Positions 11,631 through 25,500 of a DNA stretch of 64,000 nucleotides are shown here, in pieces. The stretch covers positions 34,596,001 through 34,660,000 of the forward strand of contig NC_043010.1 in NCBI RefSeq assembly GCF_006345805.1. The letters are read 5' to 3'. Position 1 is the first letter of the stretch. Every line of letters begins with the position of its first letter. A program made the translations under genes and the position numbers. This DNA is from Octopus sinensis (taxonomy: Eukaryota). Below the pieces are notes generated by a model. That model saw only the letters and a program-made list of their open reading frames with translations, ran no database searches and was not told the DNA's origin.

Positions 11631-13424
11631 CATGCATTCATACATATATATAATATACATGCATACATGTGCACATATAGACATGTACATATTATTCTAC
11701 ATACAACAACAACAACATGGCACCTGTATAATCTTTCTGAATAGTTGTTGATGATGGTGATGGTGGTGATGGTGGTGGTGGTGGTGGTGGTGGTGCATGA
11801 ATTAGTTGGTTCTCACAGTTAGGAGATGAAGTTTTACAGTCTATTCTATTATTGTGTGTGTGTGTACATGTGTGCAAGTGCCTGCACATGTGTGTGCACC
11901 TGCATGCATACATAATTTTGTCTGCATGCAAGTGTCACCTGCATGCAGACTAAAGCATATATCCATGCAAGTGTGTTTGTGTGTGCATGCTAGTGTGCAT
12001 GCATGTGGGGGGTGTATAAGCTGGTGGCTGTGTGAGTGTATGCACATGAAAGTGTGCTGTTTTGACAGAGATTGCCTTATATTTGCCAATAGAAGAATGA
12101 ACAATAGCTGTCTGTCTCTGTGTATGTGTCACTGTCTACCTGCCTCCTGCCTCCTCCCTACTTCAAAGAAATCTACCTGTTTATTAATCAACTTATTTAA
12201 CAACATTTGTACCTAGTTATCTATTGAGTCTGTTTTCTATCTAGCTATTCATATATCTGTTAACTATTTATATCTCTCTACCTATCTACCTACCAACTTG
12301 CCTATCTACCTAAATACCTATCTATCTACTTCATGCTTACTTAATAAATAGATACATCTATACCTATTCATCTGTCTTCTTACTTGTCTGCCCACCTTTC
12401 TTTCTATCTATCTATCAATCTATGTTAGATATCTACCTAAAGATACACAGCTAAATAAACCTATATCCAAGCATCTGTCTGTGTGTCCATGCATGTGTTC
12501 GTCTGTGCATGCATCCATCTGTGCACCTGTCCATCCTTCAATCCACCCATCTACCTATCTATCAGTCAATATAATTATAGGTATATCTACCAATCTACAT
12601 ATCTACCTACCTAGGTACCCACCTGAAGACAGACACCTACAGTTGTCTGTCTGTCTGTCAAATCAGACTACCTAGCTACATACCCACATAAAGATAGATA
12701 CATCTATAATTGTCTGTCTGCCTGTCTGACAATCTGTCTCTCTGTCTGTCTATCCATCCATCCATCCATCATCTATTATGATTATAGGTATATCAACCTA
12801 CCTACATATCCACTGAAAGATAGAGAGATACACCTATGTCTGTATGTCAGTCTGCCTGCCCATCCGTCCGTTTGTCCGTCTGTCTGTCTCTCTATTGTTA
12901 TTGTTTAGCGTAGCTATTCAGATATCTTTACAACACCTACAATGAAATCTGTGAATATTCTTCATCCTAAAGAATTATTTTCCCGAACCAAACCAAATTA
13001 CAAGAATCCAAATGAAGCAAGATAAAGAATAGGGAGACAGAAGTGAGATCAGAACAGGTGTATTATTTCAGCATAACAGCACTATTTTGGCAAAAGAAAA
13101 GAAAAGAAAGAAAAAAGGGAAAGATCAGCAGAAAATAGGGGCTCTGGTGGTAAGAAGATGAATAAGAAAGTTGCTGGGGTTAGGTAGGTAGAGGGCTGAA
13201 GAATATGTTATTAGGTTTCTAAAGAACTTCTCAAACTTCTGGCTCCCACCATACTGATGTGATAGCTTCTTTTCTGAGAAGCGTTTTGCTTCAATACAGA
13301 TTATTTATATCAGGTAGGTATGAGGGATATAGAAAGATAGATAGGTAGATGTTCCTATATGCAGAGAGATAGATAGGTAGATGATAGATAGAAAGATAGA
13401 TATGTAGGTTGATAGATAAATAGC

Positions 13425-13443
13425 TATGTAGATTGATAGATAA

Positions 13444-13511
<68 letters not shown>

Positions 13512-13549
13512 CTAAATAGATAGATAGATAGAAAGATAGATAGATAGAT

Positions 13550-13595
<46 letters not shown>

Positions 13596-13636
13596 GTAGA
13601 TAGGTAGGTAGGTAGGTAGGTAGGTAGGTAGGTAGG

Positions 13637-13688
<52 letters not shown>

Positions 13689-13710
13689 CAGACAGATAGA
13701 TAGATAGAAA
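13425..13710. repeat. (GATA)n/(GGTA)n tetranucleotide array
   Basis: Direct reading. Confidence 0.95.
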
Positions 13711-14464
13711 TTTGTATGTATGTACCTATCTATCTTAGTTAGGTAAGTAGGGAGGTACACTTATAAAGAGATAGACAAAATATTTACATCAGGCTTTGAT
13801 GTCTGGAGAAATACTTAGTATTATTTGTGGGTAAGGTTATAATTAACATACTAAGAATAAATGTTAAGACTGTGTCTGTTGACATCTCTCATTCTCAATT
13901 GGTTTCTTCTTCGAGTCAAATAGAGAACCTTTATGAAGTCAGTTATCTTGCTAGAAATAACAACCATATCTCCATGGAATTATACCTTTCTATCTTATAA
14001 AAGGTCTTTTTTGGATAATAATCATGTTCTGGGTTCCCAGTATATCAGCTAAAGACAAGATGGTTACAATTAAAATGTCTTTGATTTGGACTAACCTGTG
14101 ACTAAACAAATAAGACAAACCAAGCTATAGAAGAAGCCTCCATGATAGGCATTGGCAACCTTTTACAAGAAGTGGGCCACGTGAGACATGGATCATCATG
14201 AGGTGAGCCACACTACAAAAAAAAAATTCAAGGCAGTTTTTCATTAGACACACAGGCTGCAGTTTGCCTATGATTGCTCTAAGTAGTTACACCACTAGCT
14301 ATAAATAATGACCAAATCTCTCTCAAATCACACCCTACTATCTTAGAAAAGTTAACACTGGATAATTTGGTCCCATTTACTTGGCATATAGCAAAAAGAT
14401 AGGATGACCATAGATGGTTTAAGTAAGGTCTGCATAAAATCATACATAATAATAATAATAATTG

Positions 14465-15029
14465 CCCTGATGCAATACCAGGCCCTGGCTCTCATGGCTT
14501 CTGATCTTAACTGATTGGAAGTGTTATTATGTACATTTTTTTTGTCTTGGTATAAAAGGTGGGCAGCAACAAATATTCTGCCCAATACCACAGATTTGCT
14601 AGTCAGTTGTTTGACCTTAACCAGTTGAGCATGTCCTTTGGTGGCTGATAATATGTGCATCTCTGATCATGAGCAAAAGTAGTTGGGGAGCATCATAGCC
14701 ATGTGTTGAGAGGGACTCTTTGGAGTTTGAATAATTCACTCCTGGAAACATGGGTGTTTCATTTAACATCCTTAAACAACTCTTATTCAAAAACCATTTG
14801 AGCAGGATTGGCTACTTGACCTGAAGGAAATTCTAACTGGACCCCACCTGCAAGGTCATGCGCTGTTTATCTTGATATGAGATCACCATGTTGCGCACAT
14901 ATGGTTGTGATGTATGTGCCTGGTGGATACTTATCAGATAAGTAGTATGATGGGTATACTGGGCTTCGTATATTTTACCCCAGCGTCACTTTGATGACAC
15001 ACGCTGTTCTCTCACTCAATAATAATAAT
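14465..15029 (+). mobile_element. Retroposon family F, embedded in (AAT)n
   Basis: GCCCTGATGCA..CTCTCACTCAATAATAAT; matches 5078-5712 in reverse. Confidence 0.75.
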
Positions 15030-15164
15030 AGGCATATTGCCAGCCAATGTACATCACTAGCCCAGAAGGAATATAAGAGATGCCATGACAATATAGCCAG
15101 GCTTGTCCATTGGACACTTTGCAACAAGTATGGATTTGACAGAGCATGCACTGTTCTCTCACTC

Positions 15165-15210
<46 letters not shown>

Positions 15211-15360
15211 GGTGGTTCAACACTTTCAATACAGTAACCATAAGAGCATCACAGCAAACCACAGCACATACTCAAGGCACACAGAGGTGCACTCGGTAGT
15301 GAAGTGAAAGCACGCTATAAAAATAAATAAAACTACTGAATAATAATAATAATAGTAATA
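15030..15360 (+). mobile_element. R4/Dong-like fragments (CCHC region and 3' UTR) interleaved with a family F end and (AAT)n
   Basis: HIASQCTSLAQKEYKRCHDNIARLVHWTLCNKYG at 15033-15146; 15215-15340 matches the 3' UTR at 3985-4095 in reverse. Confidence 0.75.
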
Positions 15361-15954
15361 ATAATAATTTCTAACTTATAATTAATGCTAAAAATTTAGG
15401 GGAGAGATTGGTCAATTGTATTAGCTCCAGAATTTGAAAAGTACTTTATTTTATCAACTTCAGAAGGATGAAAAGCAGGATTTGAGCTCAGGACATAAAA
15501 TAAAGAGCTGTGACTCAGGAAAAAGCAATGTTTGTCTGCTGCTTCAACCATTCTGCTAATCAATTGCCCTTCTTCCTCCATTAACAATGATAATGATTTT
15601 CCATATATTTAAAATCAGCTGAGTCATTGCTACTGCCATTATAGGAAATTAAAAAAGAACATGGATGTAGCACCATAATAGAAATTGTAGAATAGCATTT
15701 ACTGACAACTTATTGGTACAAATATTTGTATGGTTTTTGCCAAGATTTATAAGATCACCTTGGTTATAGTAAAACACACATCATACAGATAAAAGCAATA
15801 CAACACATTTTTTTTGTGTGTATGTATGTGCTTGCATGAATTATATATTTTAATGTATGTCTGTGTGTGAGTGTGTGTGTGTGTGTGTGTGCAAGTGTGT
15901 ATGTGTATATATATCATAACCCCCAAAGTATAACAGCACATGTGTGTGTATGTT

Positions 15955-15958
15955 TATG

Positions 15959-16021
<63 letters not shown>

Positions 16022-16111
16022 ACCTATATAATATATATATATGTGTATGTATATAATATATATGCATGTGTATATCCTCATAATATAACAGCATATTTGT
16101 ATGTGTGTGTG

Positions 16112-16168
<57 letters not shown>

Positions 16169-16289
16169 CATACATACATACATACATACATACATACACA
16201 TGCACACAGCTACAGAGATGGGATATACATATTTTGTATGCATATATGTATTAAGTATGTATTGGTCTTGGTCGTGGTGTTTATGTGTG

Positions 16290-16332
<43 letters not shown>

Positions 16333-16350
16333 CATATATATATTATATAT
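15955..16350. repeat. Imperfect (TA)n/(TG)n tract
   Basis: Direct reading. Confidence 0.9.
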
Positions 16351-17394
16351 ATATATTATACATATTTATGAATATCTACACACAAGAGAATGCACATAGC
16401 TAAGTAACAACATATATGTGCATGTGTGTGTTTATATACATATATACATATACACACACATACACGTATTTTATGACAGTACAGTAAACTCAGACGCACA
16501 CACAGAGACACACAGACACACATGTAAACAGACAAACACACACATTCATCTCTGATATTTGTGCATCTGATAAATGATGATGTTAAGACAAGCTTGAACG
16601 CCAACTTATTTGAAGCATGTTTTTTTTTTCATGTTCATAAATTTCTCAACATGATGTAGATTGTGATGATGACCATGATGATGATGAGAAGACATTTATA
16701 GAGCACAGCTAGCAGCTATGCTTCTGTTTGTGAACTAAAGAATGGTCTCAGAGATTTGTACAATTCTAAAAAAGTATGGAAAGAATTTGTAAGTTCTACA
16801 AAATAAAAATCTCAGTCAATAAAGATAGTGGGTTTTTTTGCATGCATAGCCATGTGGTTAAGAAATTCGCTTTGCATCCAGAAAGTTCTGGGTTCAATCC
16901 TGTTTGTGTATTTTGGGTAAGCGTCTTCAAATGCAACCCTGAGTTGGCCGATATCTTGCGAGTATAACTTAACAAATGAAAATTGTGGAGAACCTCTTCT
17001 CATCTAGACACCACAAGGTCTAGTCCTTGCTGTGAAACGGTAGCTAATGTGTCTTAATAATTCTGAGAGTTATGCCAGTAGAGTGGGAGCTACTAGTAGG
17101 GCCTTCTATGCTGGACAGGTCAAAGGATGGAGGCTAGACTAATATGAACCACCTGTTTCTAGAGGTAAAAATGGGTTTGCATAGGACCAATCACCTATGT
17201 AGAAAAAGCAAAGTAACAAAAGCATTGATGAGAGTTCAAAAAGAAACAAGACTTGGGAGAGGAAGGCCTTCCCTCAAGGAAACCTATGAGAAAGTGCAGC
17301 AAAATCTAAAAGGACTGAGGCAGAACTGAAAGAGCAAGGATCTAACTAGAAAGAAGCAAAAACAAGGGCTTATGGTAAAATGGTAAGGTCATCT

Positions 17395-17427
<33 letters not shown>

Positions 17428-17593
17428 ATGCATGCATATGTGTTTGTTTGTGCATGCATGTATTTGTACGTGTGTGTGTGCATGCATATAATCTTCCTTC
17501 TGTCTTCAATTCTTGATGGGATTGTAAGGGTGTGTTAAGCCTAGCAGAGCCCCATCCCTATTCAGGCTTGATCACAGTGAGTTTTTTTTTTTT

Positions 17594-17644
<51 letters not shown>

Positions 17645-18541
17645 GAAGAATAAGAAGAGGAGAAGAAGAAGAAGAAGAAGAAGAGAAGAGAAGAAGAGAA
17701 GAAGAAGAAGAAGAAGAAGAAGAAGAGAATGGAGAAGAACAGATAGCAACATGGGAGGAACTGATCCCAGTATTGCACTGGCATTTTATTTATGAATCTC
17801 AAAAAGATGAAAGGTAAATTTGACTTTTGCAGGGTTTGAACTCAGAGTACAGAAACCAGAACAATATCCATTCAGCAGTCTATCTGCTGCTGCAATAACT
17901 TCTGATTCAACACTTGAATATATGTACATATGTGTCTTTTGGGGAGTACATGCATCTGTGTTTGCTTCTCTTTGTGTTGATATCTGTCCAACCCATGCTA
18001 GCATGGAAAACGGATGTTAAATGATGATGATGATGATCTCTTTGTCTAGACATTGATAGTTGTGGACAAGTGTCTCTACTGTATAATCTCTGTGCCCTTT
18101 GTTTCCAATCTTTCATGTAAACATGTCCAGCCACAGCGAAACAGTAATTGCTTGAAAACAGGTAAGAGTTGGTGACAGGAAGAGCTTCCAGCTATAAAAG
18201 ATATGCCACAATGAATTCTGTATGACCCATGCAAGCATGGAAAAGTGGACATTAAATGATGACGATGATGATATTTATCTTCATCTCATTTATATTTGAG
18301 CACTTCTTTTGCAGTACTATTTCCGCTACCAACTAAACTTTATTTTCATTGACATATTTGCATTACAAAAATTTTAAATTATAATCTTTTCCATAAGTCA
18401 ACTATCATAAACATTTTATATGACATCCAATTCTTTAAATCTGTAAGTCTAGGTCATTTTGGTGGCAATGTTAGGATATATATATAGAGGGAGAGTGAGT
18501 GAGAGAGATTGATAGATAGATAGACAGACAACAACAACAAC

Positions 18542-18605
<64 letters not shown>

Positions 18606-19173
18606 TTACTAACCTTTGACATTGAGCGCAAGAGTTGTGCAAATATTCATATGCATTCCAATCTCTGAATGTTTCTGTTGATTATATTCTTTGTAAATAA
18701 AATTCATGCTAGAAATAAAAGCAAACAAACAATAGAATACAGATTACTGAGGGAAGTTACTCAGGGCCACCATCTGTGTGGCAAACAATAGTTAAGTTAG
18801 TATTAGCATTTTCTGTAATGAACACAAAGAAAGCTATTTAAAGACGTAATTCTCTTATCACTTCTTGGCTAATGCAGTGAAATCTATGCTTGGCTGAAGA
18901 GTTCTAATAAGACTGAAATATGCCTGCAAGTGTCTCCCTTACTTGGTGGAAGAATTAAAATAACATATATTGAGCTCATGCTATCTTTTCCTTTTTGTGG
19001 AAGCATTTTTTAATAAACATCTTTTCCTTGCAGCATTAAATGTCTTAATATAGAAAAGTTTTAGATGTGAGGTAACTAAATGGAAAAGGTGTTGGACTAC
19101 CTGTGCTGAGGTCATAAGTTCAAATTCACAACAGATGTTTTCAATGTATTCTGTTTTCAATGTATTCTGTATT

Positions 19174-19401
19174 GACACAGAGAGTGACAAGGCCGGCCCT
19201 TTGAAATTACAGGTACAACAGAAACAGAAGAAAAGAGTGAGAGAAAGTTGTGGTGAAAGAGTACAGCAGGGATCACCACCATGCCCTGCCAGAGCCTAAT
19301 GTTTTTGCTCAATAAACACTCACAACGCCCGGTCTGGGAATCGAAACCGCGATCCTCTACGACCGCGAGTCCGCTGCCCTAACCACTGGGTCATTGTGCC
19401 T

Positions 19402-19403
<2 letters not shown>
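19174..19403 (-). mobile_element. SINE family D (tRNA-Arg-like head; possibly one of the octopus OR-type SINEs)
   Basis: Minus strand GGAGGCACAATGACCCAGTGGTTAGGGCAGCGGACTCGCGG..GGTTTCGATTCCCAGACC; A and B boxes, TCG in the anticodon position. Confidence 0.75.
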
Positions 19404-19477
<74 letters not shown>

Positions 19478-19487
19478 TATATATATA

Positions 19488-19652
19488 TACGAGGGGCTTC
19501 TTTCAGTTTCCATCTACCAAATCCACTCACAATGTTTTGGTCAGCCTGATGCTATAGTAGAAGACACTTGCCCAAGGTGTCACACAGTGGAACTGAACCC
19601 GGAACCATGTGGTTGGTAAGCAAGCTACTTACCACACAGCCACTCCTACGCC
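19488..19652 (-). mobile_element. SINE A, 5' half
   Basis: Reverse complement of head and body. Confidence 0.8.
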
Positions 19653-20288
19653 TATATATATTTAACATACATATTTACTTGAATATATCTTTTACATGAC
19701 TGCGGCCATGCTGGAGTACAACCTTGAAGAGATTTTAGTCGAATGCATCAACCCCGGCACTTATTTTATTTTTAGCCTGGTATTTACTCTATTGGTCTCT
19801 CTTGTTGAAATGCTAAATTACAGGGATGTAAACACACCAACACCAGTTGTCAAGTGGTGGTGGGGGACAAAAAAAGGGACAAAGACACACACACGAACAT
19901 GTACACATATATACATACATATATGACAGGCTCCTTTCAGTTTCCACTCACAAGGCTTTGTTCAGCCCATGGCTATATAGAATACACTTGCTCAAGATGC
20001 CACATGGTGGGAATGAACCTTGAACCATGTGGTTTGGGAAGCCATGCATATCTAATATATACATACTCACTTTAGTATATACAATTTTACTTACTTTAAT
20101 ATATTCTATTGTTTTCTTAACCTTAAAGACATCATTTTATATTTTCTTTGTGAAATATGAAATTTAAAGATTCCCAAACCTATTGGTGTTCTGAACAGTA
20201 ATGACAATATATACATATATAAATGCATGCATACGTGTGTGTATGTGTGTGTGTGAGTATAAAAATATATTTTATATATATATATATT

Positions 20289-20328
<40 letters not shown>

Positions 20329-20735
20329 GGTATATATATATATAAATACATTATATATATATATGTATATATATATGTGTATATATATATTCATATATTA
20401 TTATTATTATCATTAGGGAATATTACTTCTGAGTACACAGGAAAAAGACATTCAAATTAGATATACTAAAATGAACATCTCTCAATGTTTAATGCATATA
20501 TATAAAAGTAGTTTTAGAGACAGAACCACCTTCAACTCAATCAACACTGAAAGATTTTATACCCAACCACTCCATAAAATGTTAAATATTAAATCTTATA
20601 TTAACTTTATCTATTCTGAATCCCGTATTTACCATTTATAAGACTACATGTGTTTCATGAAAGTACATCGGTATTGATTAGATATGAGGTATCTAGTTTC
20701 AACACTTAATCAGGTCAACATACTCCCAATTATAC

Positions 20736-20766
<31 letters not shown>

Positions 20767-20837
20767 ATATATATACGTATATATATATACATATATTAGT
20801 TTGTTAGTTCTCTCTGTACCATGTGGCACATAAGGCC

Positions 20838-20944
<107 letters not shown>

Positions 20945-20974
20945 GTATTATATATATATATATAAGAAGAGTTT

Positions 20975-21167
20975 ATGAAAAAAACAAAAGATGAAGACAG
21001 GTGGTGTACAAAACAAACAGATGTATCAGTATAACGCTCAGGAATAGAAAAAAGTCTTTTACGTTTCGAGCCTATGCTCTTCTACAGAAAGGGACACAGA
21101 AAAAACAAGGAGAGAAACAAGGAGAGAAAAAAATGTGTGTAATGGCTAACGATCTATCATGGCGACT
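20975..21167 (-). mobile_element. Short non-coding repeat carrying a hammerhead-like motif (21056-21091)
   Basis: Minus strand CTTT-CTGTAGA-A-GAGC(atag)GCTC-GAAAC-GTA-AAAG; body shared with 52700-52765, 54885-55005 and 55090-55255. Confidence 0.65.
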
Positions 21168-21429
21168 ATATATATATAATATATATAGTAGGAAAGAAGG
21201 CAGGACCCTCATATCATCAAAGGAATGGCCATGGCCATCCTTGATAAGGAGTAGGGACCAACTCCATTTGCTGTACCCAGTATAAACTATGGACACCCAA
21301 AAGATGTAGTGGAATCACAGTCAGACTAACAGATACAACAAACTTCATATTTGGTAAACACACTGGAGCAATATATACTAAAAGCACAGGGAAAACAGAC
21401 TTTTTTAAATGCCCAGATATCTCACTAGA

Positions 21430-21640
21430 AGTAGTCTGATTCCCAGACCAAGCTGTTTGTTGCGTTCTTGAGCAAGACACTTTACTTTCCCTTGGATAAC
21501 ATCAGTGACATGAAGAGGGGAGACTGGTATGCATGGGAGATTGCCAGTCTTCCATAAATAACCTTGCCCAGACTTGTGCCTCAAAGGGTAACTTTCTAGG
21601 TGCAATCCCATGGCCATTCATGACCAAAGGAGGTCTTTAC
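21430..21640 (+). mobile_element. SINE family G (body and tail)
   Basis: TTGAGCAAGACAC..CCCTTGGATAACATCAGTG..AACCTTGCCCAGACTTGTGCC..GGTGCAATCCCATGG; also at 32325-32590 and 53115-53310. Confidence 0.7.
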
Positions 21641-21654
21641 TCTGGTTATCCAGG

Positions 21655-21875
21655 GTAAAAATGGGTAGAGGAAAATTCAGTGAGATATTACTTTCACTAG
21701 CAATGAAGATCTTTTCCTTCAAAGTGAAAGATAGGTTGTATGATGTTTGTGTTATGAATATTGTGCTGCATGGTAGTGAAATGTAGGCCTTAAATACAGA
21801 AGAATTGCAAATGTTAGAGAGAAAGAAAGCAAGAATGCTCCAGCAGCTGCTTAATGTTTATGTGCCGGAATGCCA
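21655..21875 (+). mobile_element. RTE-clade LINE RT C-terminal fragment
   Basis: GKFSEILLSLAMK..KVKDRLYDVCVMNIVLHGSEM*ALNTEELQMLERKKARML matches the RTE pattern K.RLY..CV...LYG.ETW. Confidence 0.7.
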
Positions 21876-23059
21876 GAGTACAAAGAATCATATATTCAAG
21901 CGATGACGAAAGATCAAGGATCAAAATGCAACAAGAAGATTGATGATGGGCTTTTCTGGGAGTATTAGTCTGCTTTAGACTAGCATCCTATGCAGGGGTG
22001 ATTTTTCTCTCATCCCTCAAGGTAGATGATTACAACAATATAGATGATTATGATGATGATGATGAAGAAGTGGATGATGATGATGATGATGATGAAGTGG
22101 ATGATGATAATGAGGATGATGATGGTAACAATGAAAATGATGAAGAAAAATGTAGATGTCGATGATGATGATGATGATGTTGATGACAATGATGACAAAA
22201 GCCGCCACCACCACCACCACCACCACCTTCAATGGAGTCAATAATATTTTATAGATTTTTCATGAAGTTCTGAAACTGGAACTTTCAATTTGGTGTCAAA
22301 TATAACCCCACCCTTTATATATCTAAACCACACCCTACTTTGTTGACACTTAAAAAGACTGAATCACATTTTATTTTATTTCTTTTCCATCTACTTCATC
22401 CTCTAACTTACTTCTAACCCCATCCCAGCATCTCTCTCTCTCTCTCTCTAGTTATAATCAGTGTTTCTTTTCTTCTATATCTATCTCCTAGCCTTTCTCA
22501 AGAGTAACACCCACTCAATTCACTACTTCAAACAAAAACAAACTGGTCTGTTCAGTGTCCTCTAAGTGTATGTAGTGTTAGACATATAAGAGAATGTTTA
22601 TGCATGTATGTGTGTATAGTTTGTGTGTATATATATATAAATGTGTGTGTGTGTATAGTTAGGCCATTAGATACTGTTATGTACCACTGGTCACAATGCG
22701 CTTCCTTGCATTGTCACAGCTTTCAAATGATGCTACATTACTGGTTAGATGGAATGCTAATCTGTCACAGATTATCCACTTATAGATGCATGGGATGAAT
22801 CATTTTGAGCAACATGAGCAATATGAGAGGAAGCATCTTGCTCAAGAACACAATGCACAACTGGTCTGGGAATTGAAACCATAATCTTGCAAGTGCAATG
22901 CCCTAACTACTAGGCCAAGCACCTTCACATATACATATATAAAAACACACAGACATATACATATAAAAAAACACACACACAGGCATATGCATATATAAAA
23001 ACACACACACACATACATATATAAAACATACACTCACACAACCACAGTATTTGTATATC

Positions 23060-23129
<70 letters not shown>

Positions 23130-23130
23130 C

Positions 23131-23189
<59 letters not shown>

Positions 23190-23270
23190 CAGATAGATAG
23201 ATAGACAGATAGATAGATGGATAGATAGATGGATAGACTGACAGACAGACAGACAGACAGCCAGACAGAT
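23060..23270. repeat. (GATA)n/(GACA)n array
   Basis: Direct reading. Confidence 0.95.
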
Positions 23271-23567
23271 AGGTTGATAGCTGATGAGTTTCTTCCAGTT
23301 TCTGCTTACCAAATCCTCTCACAAGGCTTTGGTTGACCTGGGGCCAAAATAGAATAGTAGAAGACACTTGCCCAAGGTGCTATGCAGTGGGATTGAACCT
23401 GAAACCATATGGTTGGGTAGTGAACTTCTTGCTTTTCTATCTTCTGAGATCAATAATATATATATATTTGTGTGTGTGTGTGTATGAATATACTGATATA
23501 TATGTATACAAAAATGTGTGTGTGAGTGTGTATGTATTAAGTCTCCTGTAATGTAAGAAAGCTTTTA

Positions 23568-23614
<47 letters not shown>

Positions 23615-25077
23615 TACACACATATAAGTGCAGCAATAGCTAATGTGTCAAATACTGCTGGCAAATATACATATTTATAAAATATTGATGTGTTTTACAT
23701 ATTGCAAAGTTTCTTTACACACACACGCAAACACAAACACTCATTCTTCTTACTGGTTTCAGCCATTGACCTATGGCCATGCTGGGGCACTTCTGACAAA
23801 AAGTTTGATCGATTATATCAAGTCCAGTATATTCTTTGCTACATATTTTATTGATCTTGGAAGATGAAAATGCAAAGTGAACCTAGACAAGATTTGAACT
23901 CGGAATGCAAAGGGACATAACTGTATACCTCAGAATATTTGTTTGATGTCCCACTGATTCTGCTAGCCATCTTTTGATATAGACACAAAGATATATACAT
24001 ATGAATATACACACAAACATACATGCATGCATATATAATACACACACACACCACACACACAAGCACTTACATACACATACATATACAATGATCTACCTAA
24101 TATCTAAATATATACTTAAATATCTGAACATACTTAAATGTTCTAACATGAGCAGAAATTCTGTAAACATTCAAAGACAAGAGAGTCATTTTATTCCAAG
24201 ACCCAGCCCTGCACCTCCACTCTCTTGTTTCCCCTATTGTTTATTATTCTGGGTGGATATCGGATGTAAATCTTAAACTAGGCGGAGGAGTAATAGCAGA
24301 CACAGTAGAAGTCAAACAGATGTTTGGGAGGGGTGTTATAATCTATCCAGATTGTATACCCCAAGATAGGGGATTGGCTGTCATATGTACTTTGGTGTTA
24401 CATTGTTACTCTATCCCTGTACCCATACATTTTTATTTTATTTCTCTCCTGCTTAGTCCATTACCTTTTCCCTCTCTCTATAGTCTTACAGTGTTGAGTT
24501 TGGATAGCAGCATAGCCATGTAGTTTTCTTGACAATCAACTGGTTCTGAGGTGAAGCCTAATGGGTGGCACATTAGGCAAGTGTCTTTGACAGAGGTCTC
24601 TTGTGCAAAAGGCTTTTGGATGTACTTGTGTATATGCGTATGTGTGTTGTTGTAGTTGTTGTTAGTTATTACTCTCATGCTGCCATTCTGCAGATTGTCA
24701 CTAATTTATTATTGTCAGATCAAATTTTCACTCTGCTTGCAACTGCAAGAAGACATTATCTAGTAGAAACTCTAATGAAGTGCAACTGTTTATAAACAGG
24801 CATTCTAGCCTTCCAAAAATACAACACCTAGTCACCAATTTAGGTAAGTGAATTGGTATAATAGCTATAGTTGAAATATTTGATCAAGTTGTGCTGATCT
24901 ATAATGAAATTCTGAAAAAAACATAACAAAAATAACCACTTTAAGAAACAGAGTTTATGAACAGTGTTAAGCGAATGGATCAAAATCCAACAGCACCAGA
25001 CAAGGAAGCCCACCTGATTCATTCAGCCCACATTTTAGGCTAAATATAACAGCAAATGTAGCAAAAGTTTTTGTAAT

Positions 25078-25500
25078 AGGCGCAGGAGTGGCTGTGTGGC
25101 AAGTAGCTTGCTTACCAGCCACATGGTTCTGGGTTCATTCCCACTGCATGGCACTTGGGCAAGTATCTTCTACTATAGCCTTGGGCCGACCAAAGTCTTG
25201 TGAGTGGATTTGGTAGACGGAAACTGAAAGAAGCCCATCGTATATATGTATGTATATATATATGTATGTGTGTATATATGTTTGTATGTCTGTGTTTGTC
25301 CCCTCAACATCGCTTGACAACTGATGCTGGTGTGTTTACGTCCCCATAACTTAGCAGTTCAGCAAAAGAGACAGATAGAATAAGTACTAGGCTTACAAAG
25401 AATAAGTCCTGGGGTCAATTTGCTCGACTAAAGGCGGTAATCCAGCATGGCCACAGTCAAATGACTGAAACAAGGAAAAGAGTAAAAAGAGTAAAGAGCA
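25078..25500 (+). mobile_element. SINE A, full length
   Basis: tRNA-like head, internal (TA/TG)n, 3' part ending GTCAAATGACTGAAACAAG..AAAGAG. Confidence 0.85.

Noticed and set aside
18890-18930. CTGAAGA..GAAA motif
   Set aside because: No UH cleavage site or stem I pairing
19320-19403. tRNA genes at SINE heads (also 52806, 57721 and 9584)
   Set aside because: A/B boxes are present but there is no complete cloverleaf, and they continue into SINE bodies
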